Below are positions 1 to 14,500 of a stretch of DNA of 64,000 nt, piece by piece. The stretch is from contig JBNKHE010000002.1 in NCBI GenBank assembly GCA_050290185.1, positions 256,001 through 320,000 of the forward strand, read 5' to 3'. A program made the translations under genes and the position numbers. Numbering within the stretch: the stretch's first letter is position 1; every line of letters starts with the position of its first letter. The notes under the pieces are model-generated. The model had not been told where the DNA came from, did no database searches, and saw nothing but the letters and a program-made list of their open reading frames with translations. The DNA comes from Pontiella sp. Its GTDB lineage: Bacteria; Verrucomicrobiota; Kiritimatiellia; Kiritimatiellales; Pontiellaceae.

Positions 1-1
1 C

Positions 2-232
2 CTTGCGGCCAAAGGGCTTCCATTCACCGTGACGGGAACCATGGGCTACGACTGGGCGGTGGTTTGCGACGGCGGTGTTCCCCTGACTGAGATCGATACG
101 CGGACCATGGCCTCGCGCCTGCATCCCAACCTTTTCGTGGTCGGCGACTTGCTGCACATCAGCCGCCCATCCGGCGGATACTCGCTCCAGCTCTGCTGGA
201 CCACCGGCTATGTCGCCGGAGAAAACGCCTAG
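2..232 (+). CDS. HI0933/BaiN-family NAD(P)/FAD-dependent oxidoreductase, C-terminal part (runs off the window start)
   Basis: C-terminal motifs GGVPLTEID-x-RTMAS, LFVVGDLL and SGGYSLQLCWTTG are typical of the HI0933/YhiN flavoprotein family. Confidence 0.8.
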   Translation, partial: LAAKGLPFTVTGTMGYDWAVVCDGGVPLTEIDTRTMASRLHPNLFVVGDLLHISRPSGGYSLQLCWTTGYVAGENA

Positions 233-243
233 GAGGGCACGCC

Positions 244-632
244 ATGAAACCACACATCTTCATGGCGTCACTTGTTGTTGTTCTTGGATGGCCCTGCAGG
301 GGGGCAGGGAGTTCGCCGGTGCACATCCGTCGCAAACCGGGTACGGCAAGATGGCCACGAACTGGTTTCCGGCCGTGACCGAAGCCATCGTCCGGCAACA
401 GGCGTATCCTGCGCCGCACATTGCATCCATTTCGGTATCGAATAACGCCGTCGTTCTGAATATCAGAAACCTGACCGCTGGCGAAACGGTGGATATCGAG
501 CAATCCCCATCGCTGCTGACCACCCACTGGATCCCCGTGGAACACATAACCCCAACCGATGATTCCGCGACCTGGACCCAAATAATCGAAGAAACAAACA
601 ACACTTCATTCTTCCGGCTGGTGCAACCTTGA
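244..632 (+). pseudogene. Internally deleted, frameshifted remnant of a secreted SGNH-hydrolase-like protein
   Basis: RBS AGGAGG then ATG at 244 gives a signal-peptide-like MKPHIFMASLVVVLGW that stops at 378. A different frame carries HPSQTGYGKMATNWF (resembles the SGNH block V end) and a C-terminal domain ending SFFRLVQP. Confidence 0.5.
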
Positions 633-721
633 AGAAGCGGGGCACGCCGTGAAAACGCGGGCCTTTCCTTTTGGCTATACCTTGCTTTAATATACCTGCC
701 TATACCGATGGAGATTCAACG

Positions 722-1093
722 ATGCCGTTTAAAATCGAACACCACGTGGAACAGGACTACATCGAGTCGACCTTTACCGGGCAGATCACGATGAGTCTGG
801 TGCATGACTATGTAACGGCCTTGCTCCCAATTCTTGAAAAAACCGGTTGCAAGCGCCTGCTAAGTGATTCCACGGAGGCACAGATCTTACTCTCCTCTGG
901 CGATATCCTGAAGTTTCCAAAAATCGTCGCCGCGTCGCCACTGACCGCCGAGCTCAAGCGGGCGGTATTGAAGGCCCCGGGAAAGAGCGGCTACGAAATG
1001 TACGAAATCCTATCGAAAACCATGGGGCAGCAGATTCAGGTTTTTACCGGACGCGATGCAGCGCTGGAATGGCTGCTTGACCAAGACGATTGA
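722..1093 (+). CDS. Small hypothetical protein, STAS/SpoIIAA-like
   Basis: GGAG RBS before ATG 722; about 123 aa; ends F-x-x-R-x-x-A-x-x-WL as in SpoIIAA-like small proteins. Confidence 0.55.
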   Translation: MPFKIEHHVEQDYIESTFTGQITMSLVHDYVTALLPILEKTGCKRLLSDSTEAQILLSSGDILKFPKIVAASPLTAELKRAVLKAPGKSGYEMYEILSKTMGQQIQVFTGRDAALEWLLDQDD

Positions 1094-1144
1094 TCTTGGG
1101 ATCTTTCCGTCCGAACCGTAAAAAACACATTAACGAGGTCACAC

Positions 1145-1753
1145 ATGAAAGTTCTGAAACAGCTTTTTGACAGCAACCGCGAGTGGGCCAAGCGTATTGA
1201 ACTGGAACAGCCCGGGTTTTTCGAACAACTTTCCAAATTGCAAAACCCGGAATATCTCTGGATCGGCTGCGCGGACAGCCGCGTCCCCGCCAACGAAATT
1301 ATCAACCTCCCCCCCGGCGAGGTGTTTGTCCACCGTAACATCGCCAACCTGGTCGTGCATACCGACCTGAACTGTCTTTCCGTCATTCAATATGCAATCG
1401 AAGTGCTGAAGGTAAAACACATCATCGTTTGCGGGCACTATGGATGCGGCGGTGTGCGAGCGGCTATGGACGAAACCAACCATGGACTGATTGATAACTG
1501 GCTACGGCATATACGCGATGTCTATCGCTACCACCGCGACATCCTGGATGCCATCGAAAATCCCGAAAAACGCAAAGATCGTTTATGTGAGCTTAATGTG
1601 ATCGAGCAGGTGTCGAATGTCTGCAATACCACCATGGCAAGAGATGCATGGTTGGCAGGGCAGGAACTGGCGGTCCATGGCTGGATCTACCGCCTTGAAG
1701 ACGGTCTGCTGCGAGATCTGGACGTCACCATGACCGGGGATTCCTCCGTATAA
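1145..1753 (+). CDS. can: Beta-class carbonic anhydrase
   Basis: Zinc-binding motifs WIGCADSRVP, VHRNIAN and CGHYGCGG. Confidence 0.95.
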   Translation: MKVLKQLFDSNREWAKRIELEQPGFFEQLSKLQNPEYLWIGCADSRVPANEIINLPPGEVFVHRNIANLVVHTDLNCLSVIQYAIEVLKVKHIIVCGHYGCGGVRAAMDETNHGLIDNWLRHIRDVYRYHRDILDAIENPEKRKDRLCELNVIEQVSNVCNTTMARDAWLAGQELAVHGWIYRLEDGLLRDLDVTMTGDSSV

Positions 1754-1782
1754 ACAGCCGCTGCTCTACACCCGATCAACAG

Positions 1783-1822
1783 AAAAGCCGCCTCGTTGCT
1801 GATGCAAGGAGGCGGCTTCTCT
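1783..1822. terminator. Probable bidirectional intrinsic terminator between convergent can and the GH2 gene
   Basis: AAGCCGCCTC...GAGGCGGCTT stem with an A-run on the left and a pyrimidine run on the right. Confidence 0.7.
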
Positions 1823-1844
1823 ATTCAGGCAGGAGCTGGCCGGT

Positions 1845-5225
<3,381 letters not shown>

Positions 5226-5230
5226 TTAAA

Positions 5231-6280
5231 CTATTCCCGCACCTTAACCGGAGCAATCCCCGCATGCGTCGGTGTTACCTTTTTAATTTTCCCGGAATCT
5301 TCGAATTCCATCCGGTCGATGCAGACCTCGCGATGAAATCCGCCGGCACCGTTCTCCATGTCGATGCCTTCGGGATAGGTAAAGCGGTGATATACGATAT
5401 ACCATTCGTCCGTACCCGGTACCTGAATCGTGGAATTGTGGCCCGTGGCATAGATGCCGGCTTTAGGATCCTTCTCAATCACAATATTATCTTCGGGAAA
5501 CGTGAGCGGTCCGGTAGGCGACTTGGCCACCGCGTAGCGCACCCGATAGTTCGGGCTGCGGGTATCGTCTTCCGACCACAGGAAATAGTAAACCCCCTTG
5601 CGATAGAATACGTGCGTGCCTTCGCGGAAGGTGGGGTCGGTTTTGATCACCTTAATGGACATTTTCCGGATGGAAACCATGTCCTCGTTCAGCTCGACCG
5701 CTCCCATGTATCCGTTGCCCCAGTAGAGGTAGTACTTTCCGCTTTCCGGATCGAGGAACACATCGGGGTCGATCTCCTGCCCGCCATGGACTCCATTGGG
5801 CTTGAAGTTGATCAGCGGCTCACCGCTGTCCACAAACGGGCCGGCCGGATTGTCGGACACGGCCACACCGATCTTCTGCGCCGCCGTAAAGTAGTAGAAA
5901 TATTTGTACTCCCCGGCGATCTTGCGTTCGATAATGCAGGGAGCCCATGCGTTGCGGTTGGCCCAATCTACATCCTTGTGCAAGTCGAGAATGATGCCTT
6001 CATCCTGCCAGTCGACAAGATTTTCCGAAGAGAAGGTCTTGAAGTAAAATCCACCCCATCCATCAAAACCATCGCTGGTGGGATAGATGTAGAATTTATG
6101 GGTCTTGTGGGAGTAGATAATGTCCGGATCGGCGTAGTATCCATCCAGTGCCCGGTTGTGCCACCCGGCGGAGGCATCTTGTTTTTCAGCGGCGGTTACA
6201 CAGCCAACGAGTGCGATGGCCAGTCCAACCGGAAGAACCCATGCATAAATACCATCACGCTTTGTATTCAACAATCCCAC
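5231..6280 (-). CDS. GH43 glycoside hydrolase, probable lipoprotein
   Basis: Motifs YADPDI, WAPC, IDPDVF, EG, GHNS, YHR; lipobox-like LVGC. Exact start uncertain (6271-6280). Confidence 0.9.
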   Translation of the reverse strand: MGLLNTKRDGIYAWVLPVGLAIALVGCVTAAEKQDASAGWHNRALDGYYADPDIIYSHKTHKFYIYPTSDGFDGWGGFYFKTFSSENLVDWQDEGIILDLHKDVDWANRNAWAPCIIERKIAGEYKYFYYFTAAQKIGVAVSDNPAGPFVDSGEPLINFKPNGVHGGQEIDPDVFLDPESGKYYLYWGNGYMGAVELNEDMVSIRKMSIKVIKTDPTFREGTHVFYRKGVYYFLWSEDDTRSPNYRVRYAVAKSPTGPLTFPEDNIVIEKDPKAGIYATGHNSTIQVPGTDEWYIVYHRFTYPEGIDMENGAGGFHREVCIDRMEFEDSGKIKKVTPTHAGIAPVKVRE

Positions 6281-6371
6281 CTCCTTGGCTACGGACCGTA
6301 AAGACCCGTTTTTGAACTCCTAAACCTAGCGAACAAGGCCCGCAGGGGAAAGCCCATTTAAAGAGATTGTG

Positions 6372-7508
6372 TTAAACTGTCCATTCCTGCAAAAGGATAT
6401 CGGCGGCGTTCCCGGCCGCATTCCGCGAACCCAATAGTTTCCGCACCTCTTCGTAGCCCGCCAGCATTTCGCGCCGCTCCGGCGTATCGGCCAGCAGTTT
6501 GGCCAGCGCATCGGCCATCGCTTCAGGAGAGGCCGCCTGCTGGATTAACTCCGGACAGACGGTGCGCTTCGCCACAATATTCACCAAGCCGATATGCCGG
6601 ATGGTTAGCACCGATCGCGCAAACCAATAGGTCGCCGGGCTGGTTTTGTAGACAATGATCTGCGGAGTTCCAATCAGTGCGGTTTCGAGTGTCGCCGTGC
6701 CTGAAGTCACGATTGCGGCACCTGCCTGTCGCATCAGCTCGCGCGCCTGCCCCCGAACGACGGAAAGCCGGGACGGTTTATCGGTGCTTTGGGCGACCTG
6801 TTCATTCACCATGCGTTCGATGCGCGCATTAGGCGAAGCTATCAGGAAAGAAAGGTCGGGAAAGTGTGCCTCCAATCGTGTTGCGGCAGCAAGAATTGAG
6901 GGAAGGATGCGCTGGATCTCCTGTTTCCGGCTACCCGGAAGCAGCGCAATCCGCCGCTTCGAATCCCAGGGGAGTGCCGCCGCCGGTGTGGCCAGAAATT
7001 CATCGATCTGGGCCACCAGCGGATTACCGACAAAATCAGTCTGAAGCCCTGTGTCCCGGAACAGCTCCACCTCAAACGGGAAAACCACCATCAGCCGGTC
7101 AATAATCTTCGCCATCTTCGGAATGCGCTTCTTGTTCCACGCCCAGACCTTTGGGCAGATATAGTAGTAAACCTTCACGCCGCGCTTCTTCAGCTCCGCC
7201 GCCAGACGCAGGTTAAAGCCGGGATAATCGACCAGCAGCGCAGCATCCGGTTTACGGCGATCCACCTCGGCCAGCACCTGATCAAAAACACCTTTGAGAA
7301 AGCGGTAGTGCTTCAACACCTCGACGATACCCATGACGGACATTTGGTCGGAGTGCTGCAAAAGTTCGACCCCCCCGGCTCGCATATCATCGCCACCAAG
7401 CCCCCAGAAAGAGGCCTCCGGCGCACGGGCCTTAAGCGCCTGCACCACCTTCGCGGCATGCAGATCGCCCGACACTTCCCCCGCCACAACTAAAATCGAT
7501 TTCTTCAT
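6372..7508 (-). CDS. lpxB: Lipid-A-disaccharide synthase
   Basis: Motifs AGEVSGDLH, DYPGFN, PKVWAW, LLPGSR, SGTATLE. Confidence 0.95.
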   Translation of the reverse strand: MKKSILVVAGEVSGDLHAAKVVQALKARAPEASFWGLGGDDMRAGGVELLQHSDQMSVMGIVEVLKHYRFLKGVFDQVLAEVDRRKPDAALLVDYPGFNLRLAAELKKRGVKVYYYICPKVWAWNKKRIPKMAKIIDRLMVVFPFEVELFRDTGLQTDFVGNPLVAQIDEFLATPAAALPWDSKRRIALLPGSRKQEIQRILPSILAAATRLEAHFPDLSFLIASPNARIERMVNEQVAQSTDKPSRLSVVRGQARELMRQAGAAIVTSGTATLETALIGTPQIIVYKTSPATYWFARSVLTIRHIGLVNIVAKRTVCPELIQQAASPEAMADALAKLLADTPERREMLAGYEEVRKLLGSRNAAGNAADILLQEWTV

Positions 7509-7514
7509 TCTGGG

Positions 7515-7579
7515 ACCACGAAATACACGAACCACACAAAACCCAACCACGCGTTCGTGTATTTAGTGTATTTCGTGGT
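7515..7579. repeat. Intergenic palindromic repeat with ~9-nt subunit arms
   Basis: ACCACGAAATACAC...GTGTATTTCGTGGT, perfect 14-bp outer arms with an imperfect extension; fills almost the whole lpxI-lpxB spacer. Confidence 0.8.
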
Positions 7580-8412
7580 TAATCCTCTTCCGTGGTTTTA
7601 ATGGCGACAAAGGCCATGCCAAGTTGATCGGCGAGAGCAATGAGCTTTTCCTTTTCGAGCAGGATGGTTTTGCCGGCTTCGACCGCGAGACACGACACCT
7701 TGGCTTTCCTCATCATCCGGAAGGTTCTGGTACCGACCACCGGAATATCGAAGCGCATGTCATGCCCCTCTTTCGGCACCTTGACAATCACCGTGCCCGC
7801 CTTGCCGACCCGGCCGGCACGCTGGATGGTTTGATTGGTGCCCTCCCAGGCTTCGACGGCAATGATGATGCCGTCCTTGATCGCCACCGTCTGTCCAATC
7901 TCGAATTCACTGGTTCCCTTGACCAGCTTCAGCCCCAGTGCAATGTCGGCCTGTTCGCGTTCCGTCGGAGCACGACGGCTCAACCGGCCGACTTCCGGCG
8001 TGTAACATTCCATAAAGGAATTGCCCGGCAGGACGGTGATTCCGCGCCCCTCGATGGCCGCCACAATAGCGCCAAAAATCGTATGGGCATTCTTGCTCTC
8101 CAGCTCCGCCATCATTTCGCGGGCTAGCTTATCGTAGCGGAGATGGAAGAGATTGCTGGGGGCGATCTGGCCCGCCATAACGCACTGCTTAATCCCCGTA
8201 GACTCCAGTTTTTCGAGAAACGGTTCCATGGCCCCCAGATTGGTCCAGAGCACCTCGTCGGCCAGCGGCAGCACCGCGCGGCTGGTTTCGCCCTTGAACC
8301 CCAGCACCACGATGCGCTTAACGCCGGCGTCGCGCGCCGCCTTCGCCATCATCGCCGGATAAGCCTGCCGCCCAGCAATGATGATCAGTGATTCAGGAAT
8401 ATCCGGTTTCAT
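7579..8412 (-). CDS. lpxI: UDP-2,3-diacylglucosamine diphosphatase LpxI (DUF1009)
   Basis: Motifs IIAGRQAYP, EIGQTVA, AVEAWEGT and DMRFDIPVVG; adjacent to lpxB. Confidence 0.88.
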   Translation of the reverse strand: MKPDIPESLIIIAGRQAYPAMMAKAARDAGVKRIVVLGFKGETSRAVLPLADEVLWTNLGAMEPFLEKLESTGIKQCVMAGQIAPSNLFHLRYDKLAREMMAELESKNAHTIFGAIVAAIEGRGITVLPGNSFMECYTPEVGRLSRRAPTEREQADIALGLKLVKGTSEFEIGQTVAIKDGIIIAVEAWEGTNQTIQRAGRVGKAGTVIVKVPKEGHDMRFDIPVVGTRTFRMMRKAKVSCLAVEAGKTILLEKEKLIALADQLGMAFVAIKTTEED

Positions 8413-8440
8413 AGTACCCCGCACCATGCCAGAAAAACCA

Positions 8441-8470
8441 AACCCTTGGAAAACGTTTTTTCCAAGGGTT
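8441..8470. repeat. Perfect 13-bp inverted repeat (terminator or dispersed repeat)
   Basis: AACCCTTGGAAAA-CGTT-TTTTCCAAGGGTT between the autotransporter stop and the lpxI start. Confidence 0.55.
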
Positions 8471-8547
8471 GGAGTGCAGCGGCCTCGCCTCATTTTCTTT
8501 GAGCGGGAAAGCGCAGCTACGTTAACGACTCGATCCGTCCTTCCTCA

Positions 8548-11500
8548 TCAGAACTCATAGACCATGCGGCCGCTGACGGTATAGGCGTCGTAGTCCTTGC
8601 CGAAGCGCCAATCGACATCCAGCCCGAGCGAAAGCTCATCGTGGAACTGTGCGGTCAGGCCGGCGCCCGCCTCCAGCATGTTTTCCTCCGCCGCCGGCAT
8701 GCTGTAATGATACTCGCCGGTACCGCCTACCAGCGAATAGCTGGCCGATTCGGTATCGGTGTCGAACTCATGCAACCAATGCGCGCGAACCTCGGGCTTG
8801 AGGATCATGATATCGAACTCCTGCTGCACCGCCAGCGTCGCGCCAAGGCTCGAGGCAATGCTGGTGCGTTCATACGCATGGACTTCCCGCGGGAGCATTC
8901 CACCCTCGGTATAGGCATTCTGGATGTAGTCGCTCATCAGCACCGAACCCTCCGGCGTCAAAATAACGCGTCCGTTGCGCGAACGGATTTCGCGGCCGCC
9001 GCCCAGATACAGTGCATAGTTGCTGGCCTTGTGGTCCGAGTGAGTGCCGAACATGGTGCCCGATTCGTCCTTGATGCTGCTGCGGCCGATCGCCAGATTG
9101 ATATCGCCAAACCAGTTTCCCGTCCCGAATGAAACATAACCCACGCCATAACCGGTCTTGGCCACACTGTCGTCGCCATCATCCTGGTTGATTACGGAAC
9201 GGGCATAGCCGCCGGCAAAACCAAGCAACACGTCGTCCCGGAGCCAGTCCACACCGACCAGCGTGCCATAGATGTTGTGGTTATAGCCGGCGAATCCGCC
9301 GTGCGCCGAGTGGTCGGCCCAGCTTCCATACGGCTTAACCCAGCCCCGCATACCCTGATCGGCTCGATGCGGACCAGCTGCCCCTTCGGGCATTTCCGCC
9401 GGGCGTCTGGACGTGTGCTTTGTGAGCTCGCCAAGCCCTTCGGCCATGCCCTGAACATGAAGAAAGGACGGAGCACCACGTTCATACTGCTGCCTCAACT
9501 GGGCATTCTGTTCGTCGCCCGGCAGGGTGTTTAGCAGGTTGATCATGTTGTTGGCGTTGTCGTCGCCCAACAGCGACATGTCGTCGATCTCCTTCGACAG
9601 CCGGGCCATCATGGTGCCGTTGGCAAAGCCGGCGCTGTCGGCCAGATACTTGCGACCGGCCAGAGCATAGATACGCTGATCGTTTTCCCAGAAGATCACA
9701 TCGACGAGCGAACCGGAGGCATCGAGTTTTTCAAGATCCAGCGAGTCCGGATTGTCGATGCCGGCCACCACCAGCGCATCGGCTTCGATCAGCTTGTTGG
9801 TATAGAATCGGCCAAACTGAAGCTCGCCCACATTGCTCGCATACTCGATCTGCGCCCCCTCCTCGAACACCGCCGTTCCACCGACGGAGACCAACGCATT
9901 GACCGGCGCGCCCGCCGAATTGGTATCCACGCCGAAGCGCAGCATGGAAGTGGCATCCTGATAATAGTTGCTCGCCACATTGATCCGGCCACCCGGGTCG
10001 AGGCTGACGGTCGAATAGTTCCGGTTGTGCATATCCTCGCCCACCGATACCAATCCACCGTCGGCGACATAAAGGGAGTTTCCTTGACCACCGGCGCTCC
10101 AGTCGTTTTTCCATCCTTCAGCAGTCATGTAGTATAGCAGAGACATGCGTCCCCCCAGCGAAAGGTCGCGATAGACATTTAATTCGGAATTGCTTCCGAC
10201 TACCGAAACCGCATTACTCCAAGCATTGGAGGTTTCGCCTATAACCACGTTCCAGCCGGAAACCAAAGCACCATCCTCTATATCGAGTGTATTGAACGAA
10301 CCCGCATAACCAACCGCCAGATCGCCAAGTGAACCTTCAAGCATATACTGCGTTACCGGATTATAGTTGCCGTTACTGATGGCGATGCTCGAAACGGGGT
10401 TCGTGTAAATGAAGTTGCTTCCCCCCATCACAACCGTTCCGTCGCTTATATTGATCTGGTTGGAATCGGAGATCATAAGTCCCGATCCTCCAGATGTGAT
10501 GGAGCCTGCATTCCCAACAATGATCGTGTTTCCATTCGTAGAATTTGCTGGAGTCCCGAGGATAGGAGCCCGCCCGACTACGATCACACTACCGCTGGAA
10601 CTTCCGCCAGATCCACTCCCGGGAAACGGCGGATAGATAGGATGTAATACTATGCGCCGCGGCACCACGACTCCAACGCCCCACGCACTATCCCGGCCGG
10701 AAACCACAACCCTGTTTCCGACTGCCCCAACCTCATGGCCGATGCTGGCGCCACCTAATGTTTGGGCTACAGCGCCATTAGTGATGATCAAAGAGTTGTT
10801 GGATCCCGCAAAACCAACCTGAAGGCCGCCTTTATTCAACCAATACGATCCCGGCCCATCAACGATCACAGTATTCTCCACCGCCATTGCATCGACCCCA
10901 ATGTAACCGGTGGCATTTTCAACATACCCAAGATTCGTAATTGCAAGCGTGTTTCTTGAGCCCAGATTGCCAACCGTCAGATCACCAAGATTGATCCACT
11001 CCGATCCGCTCCCGGAAACCGCAACCTTGTTGTCCCCGGCATAGGAAGTCTCCCCGATTATGCCGTTATAATTCGTGGCCAATCCGCCAGATTCCATTTC
11101 AAGGATATTGTCCGAACCCATATAACCTACGACCAAGTCGCTGTATATTGATGTTGCGTCTTCTATAGACGTAAGATTAGCGGAGGCACCGTCCGCGATA
11201 ACAAGCTCACCAGATGATCCATCACCCCCAACCAAAAGATATTTTCCTTCCGATAAAACCAATCCGGATTGAACGGCCGACTCAAGGCGTTCCGCCGTCA
11301 ACCCCTGCACCCAAGAGGTGCCTTCGCCCGTTATGACAACCCGATTACTATTGGCAGTTTCTCCATACCCGATGGCACCTCCCATACTAAAGACCTGGCC
11401 ACCATCCCCGATCCGCAACGCATTCCTCGCCCCATTATAACCAACATAAAGGGGGCCCGTGTTTTCCCATTCAGAACCAGATCCCGAAACCGAGACCAAA

Positions 11501-14500
11501 TTGCCCGCGGCCATGTCCTCATAGCCAATATAGCCGTTGTCGCTTTGAACAAAGCCGCTATTCGTGATGGCCAAACCATTATTGGATCCGTCGAAACCCA
11601 CGACCAGCGATCCGGAATTGATCCAGCGTCCACCAGAAACAGCGACTTGGTTATCGCTCGCAGAAGAAGCAAAGCCGATATAGCTATTTGAACTCACTAC
11701 CGCACCGCCATTTTCAACGGTCAGCGAGTTGCCCGCACCATTGTTACCGACGTATAACTCATCGTTGTTCAAAACAGATCCAACACCAGACACCAGGACC
11801 GTGTTGCTGAAGGAAGTTCCGCCGATAATGGTTTCCGCGCTCTCAACCACACCACCGCCTGCGATCACCAGGCTATTGCCAGCGCCATAGCTTCCAATAT
11901 ACAGGCCATCTGAATTCTCCCAAACCGAGTTGGCTCCGGTTACAAGGGCGCTGTTATTGTCAGAGCTGGAGGAGTAGCCGATATATCCTCGGGTATTTTC
12001 AACACGCCCGCCCCCTTCGATCCGCAAGCTATTGCCCGAGCCGCCGAGTCCGACCATCAACTCAGCCCTGTTGTGCCAAACCGAGTTGGTTCCGGTTACG
12101 AGGGCGCTGTTATTACCTGACGCGGCGTCATCGCCGATATACCCCGCATAATCCTCGACACGGCCACCGTCTTCGATGCTCATGCTGTTGCCGGAACCAT
12201 CGGTTCCGATATATAGCGCTCCCGAATTGGTCCAAACCGAACGGTTCCCGTTCACAAGTACACTGTTATGATCTGATCCAGCGGATCTTCCGATATATCC
12301 CGTTGCATTTTCAACATGCCCGCCATCGACGATGGCCAGGCTATTGCTACTCCCATCTCTGCCAACACTCAGATCGTATGAATTGACCCAGACCGAGTTG
12401 CTCCCTGTTACAAGCACGCTGTTATTTCCTGAAGCAGCGTTGTAACCGATATATCCAAAGTTGTTTTCCACTCGGCCGCCATCTGCGATGCTCAAGTCGT
12501 TGTTCGAGCCGGTAAGCCCGACTCTTAGCTCTCCTGCATTGGCCCAAACCGAATTGATTCCCGTCACGAGTACGCTGTTATGATTTGCACCAGCGGAAAA
12601 TCCGATCGTTCCATAGCTGTTTTCAACACGTCCTCCATCGGCAATGGTCAGGCGATTGCTGGAGCCACTATCTCCAACAACCAATGCGTCCGAACTGACC
12701 CATATTGAATTATCCCCAGCCACCCGGACGCTGTTGTTAACGGCGGAAGAGGCCGATCCGATAAATGCCGATTGATCCTCCACGCGCGCGCCATCTTCAA
12801 CAAGCAGTCTGTTGCCGGAGCCCTTGGCCCCAACGATGAACGACCGTGAATTATCCCAAACCGAGTTGAAGCCCGAGACCGTAACCGATCCGCTGTTGTT
12901 TTCACCCCAACCAATAAATCCGTAATCATCCGCCACTATGGATCCGTTCGCTACGAACATTTCCGGAGTTCCACCGGCATCTCCAACCAGCAAGACGCCT
13001 GAATTTGCATAGCTTGATAGACCACTGGTATCGCCATTGCCCACCAGCACCTTCCCTCCTTTTTCGACCATCAGCGAGTTCCCCGTTCCGCCGTCGATCC
13101 AGTTGGTGCCGGAATAATGCCCACCCAGGTAGAGACCTTCGGTGTTTCGCCAGATCGAGCCGTTTCCGCTCACCACTGCGGAATTATTGTCCGCACCAGA
13201 GGCATAGCCGATGTAGCCTGATTCATCCTCCATGCAACCGCCATCAACAGCAGACAGACTATTATAGGAGCCATGCTCTCCAAGCATGAGAATCCCCCTA
13301 TTGACCCATTGTGAACCTTCGCCTGAAATAGTAACCGCGTTACCGGTAGCATTCGGTCCCTTCCCAATATAGCTATTCCTGTTATACACGCGGCCGCCGT
13401 CAGAAACCTCTAAAAGATTATCATCACCAAAACATCCTACATAGAGCTCGTATTTATTGCTCCAAGCCGATCCCGCACCTTGAACAAAAGAACTGCTACC
13501 AGACTCCGTACTTGATCCAACATAGCCGTTTCCGCCGATTACCAGTCCCCCATCGTCAATGACTAGCCTGCTATCTTTTCCATCAACCCGCACATCCGCC
13601 ATGTTTGCTGTAGATCCAACCCCTGTAACATGGATTAAACCTCCATCAGAAACGGAGACAGCACCGCTCTTCAGGCGAGCTCCACGGGCCAGAATCAACG
13701 TACTCCCGTTGTCATCGACAAGCAGGTTGTAAAATCCGTTATTCCATAGCGCAGCGGAACCATTCAAAATCACAGTTCGCTGATCTTTGATTATTGATCC
13801 CATCCCAGTCAGCTCGCCGCCAACCTCCAGCGTACCGCCGGTGTTGAAATTGAAACCGGACATGGAGGCGTTGAAGTTAGTGTTAACGAAAAGGCGGCCG
13901 CCGTCGTTGAGATCGAAGCTGTTGCCGGAATAGATATTGAGATCGATGGCTGCAACGGTGCCGCCGTTTTCAACCTCGACGCGATTGCCGGTTCCACCGG
14001 TGCCGGCCGAGCTACCGCCGATGTAGAGCTCGGGAGACTCAAGCAACGCTCCGCTTCCACTCACAGTGACGGTATTGCTGGACGAAATGGATTGGACGCC
14101 GACATTAACGACGGGCGTATCAACCATACCATCGTCTCCCACCACCAACTGGTTGCCGGAACCATATTCACCGACGTTGATTTCCATGGAGCTGTTCCAA
14201 GTTCCGTTGCTTTGGACGGTAGCTATGTTTCCGTCCGACCCGATCCAGTAGCCGATGGTTCCGGTATCGCTTTCCACCGCACCATCGCTCGCAACCAGCA
14301 GACCATTGGAAGAACCCTGATGCCCAACGTCCAGTCTAGAGGCACTCAACACCGAACCGTTACCGGTAACCGTTGCTTGGTTCCCATCGGAATTGTTGCC
14401 GATGTAGGCATTGGGCGTTGCCACCGTTCCGCCGTCGGCCACCGTCAACGAATTGCTCGCGCCCTGATAACCAACCGACAACTCAATCGAGTTGCTCCAC

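Noticed and set aside
1309..1315. C7 tract in can as a phase-variation site
   Set aside because: Encodes the ordinary L-P-P-G stretch, in frame, in a housekeeping gene.
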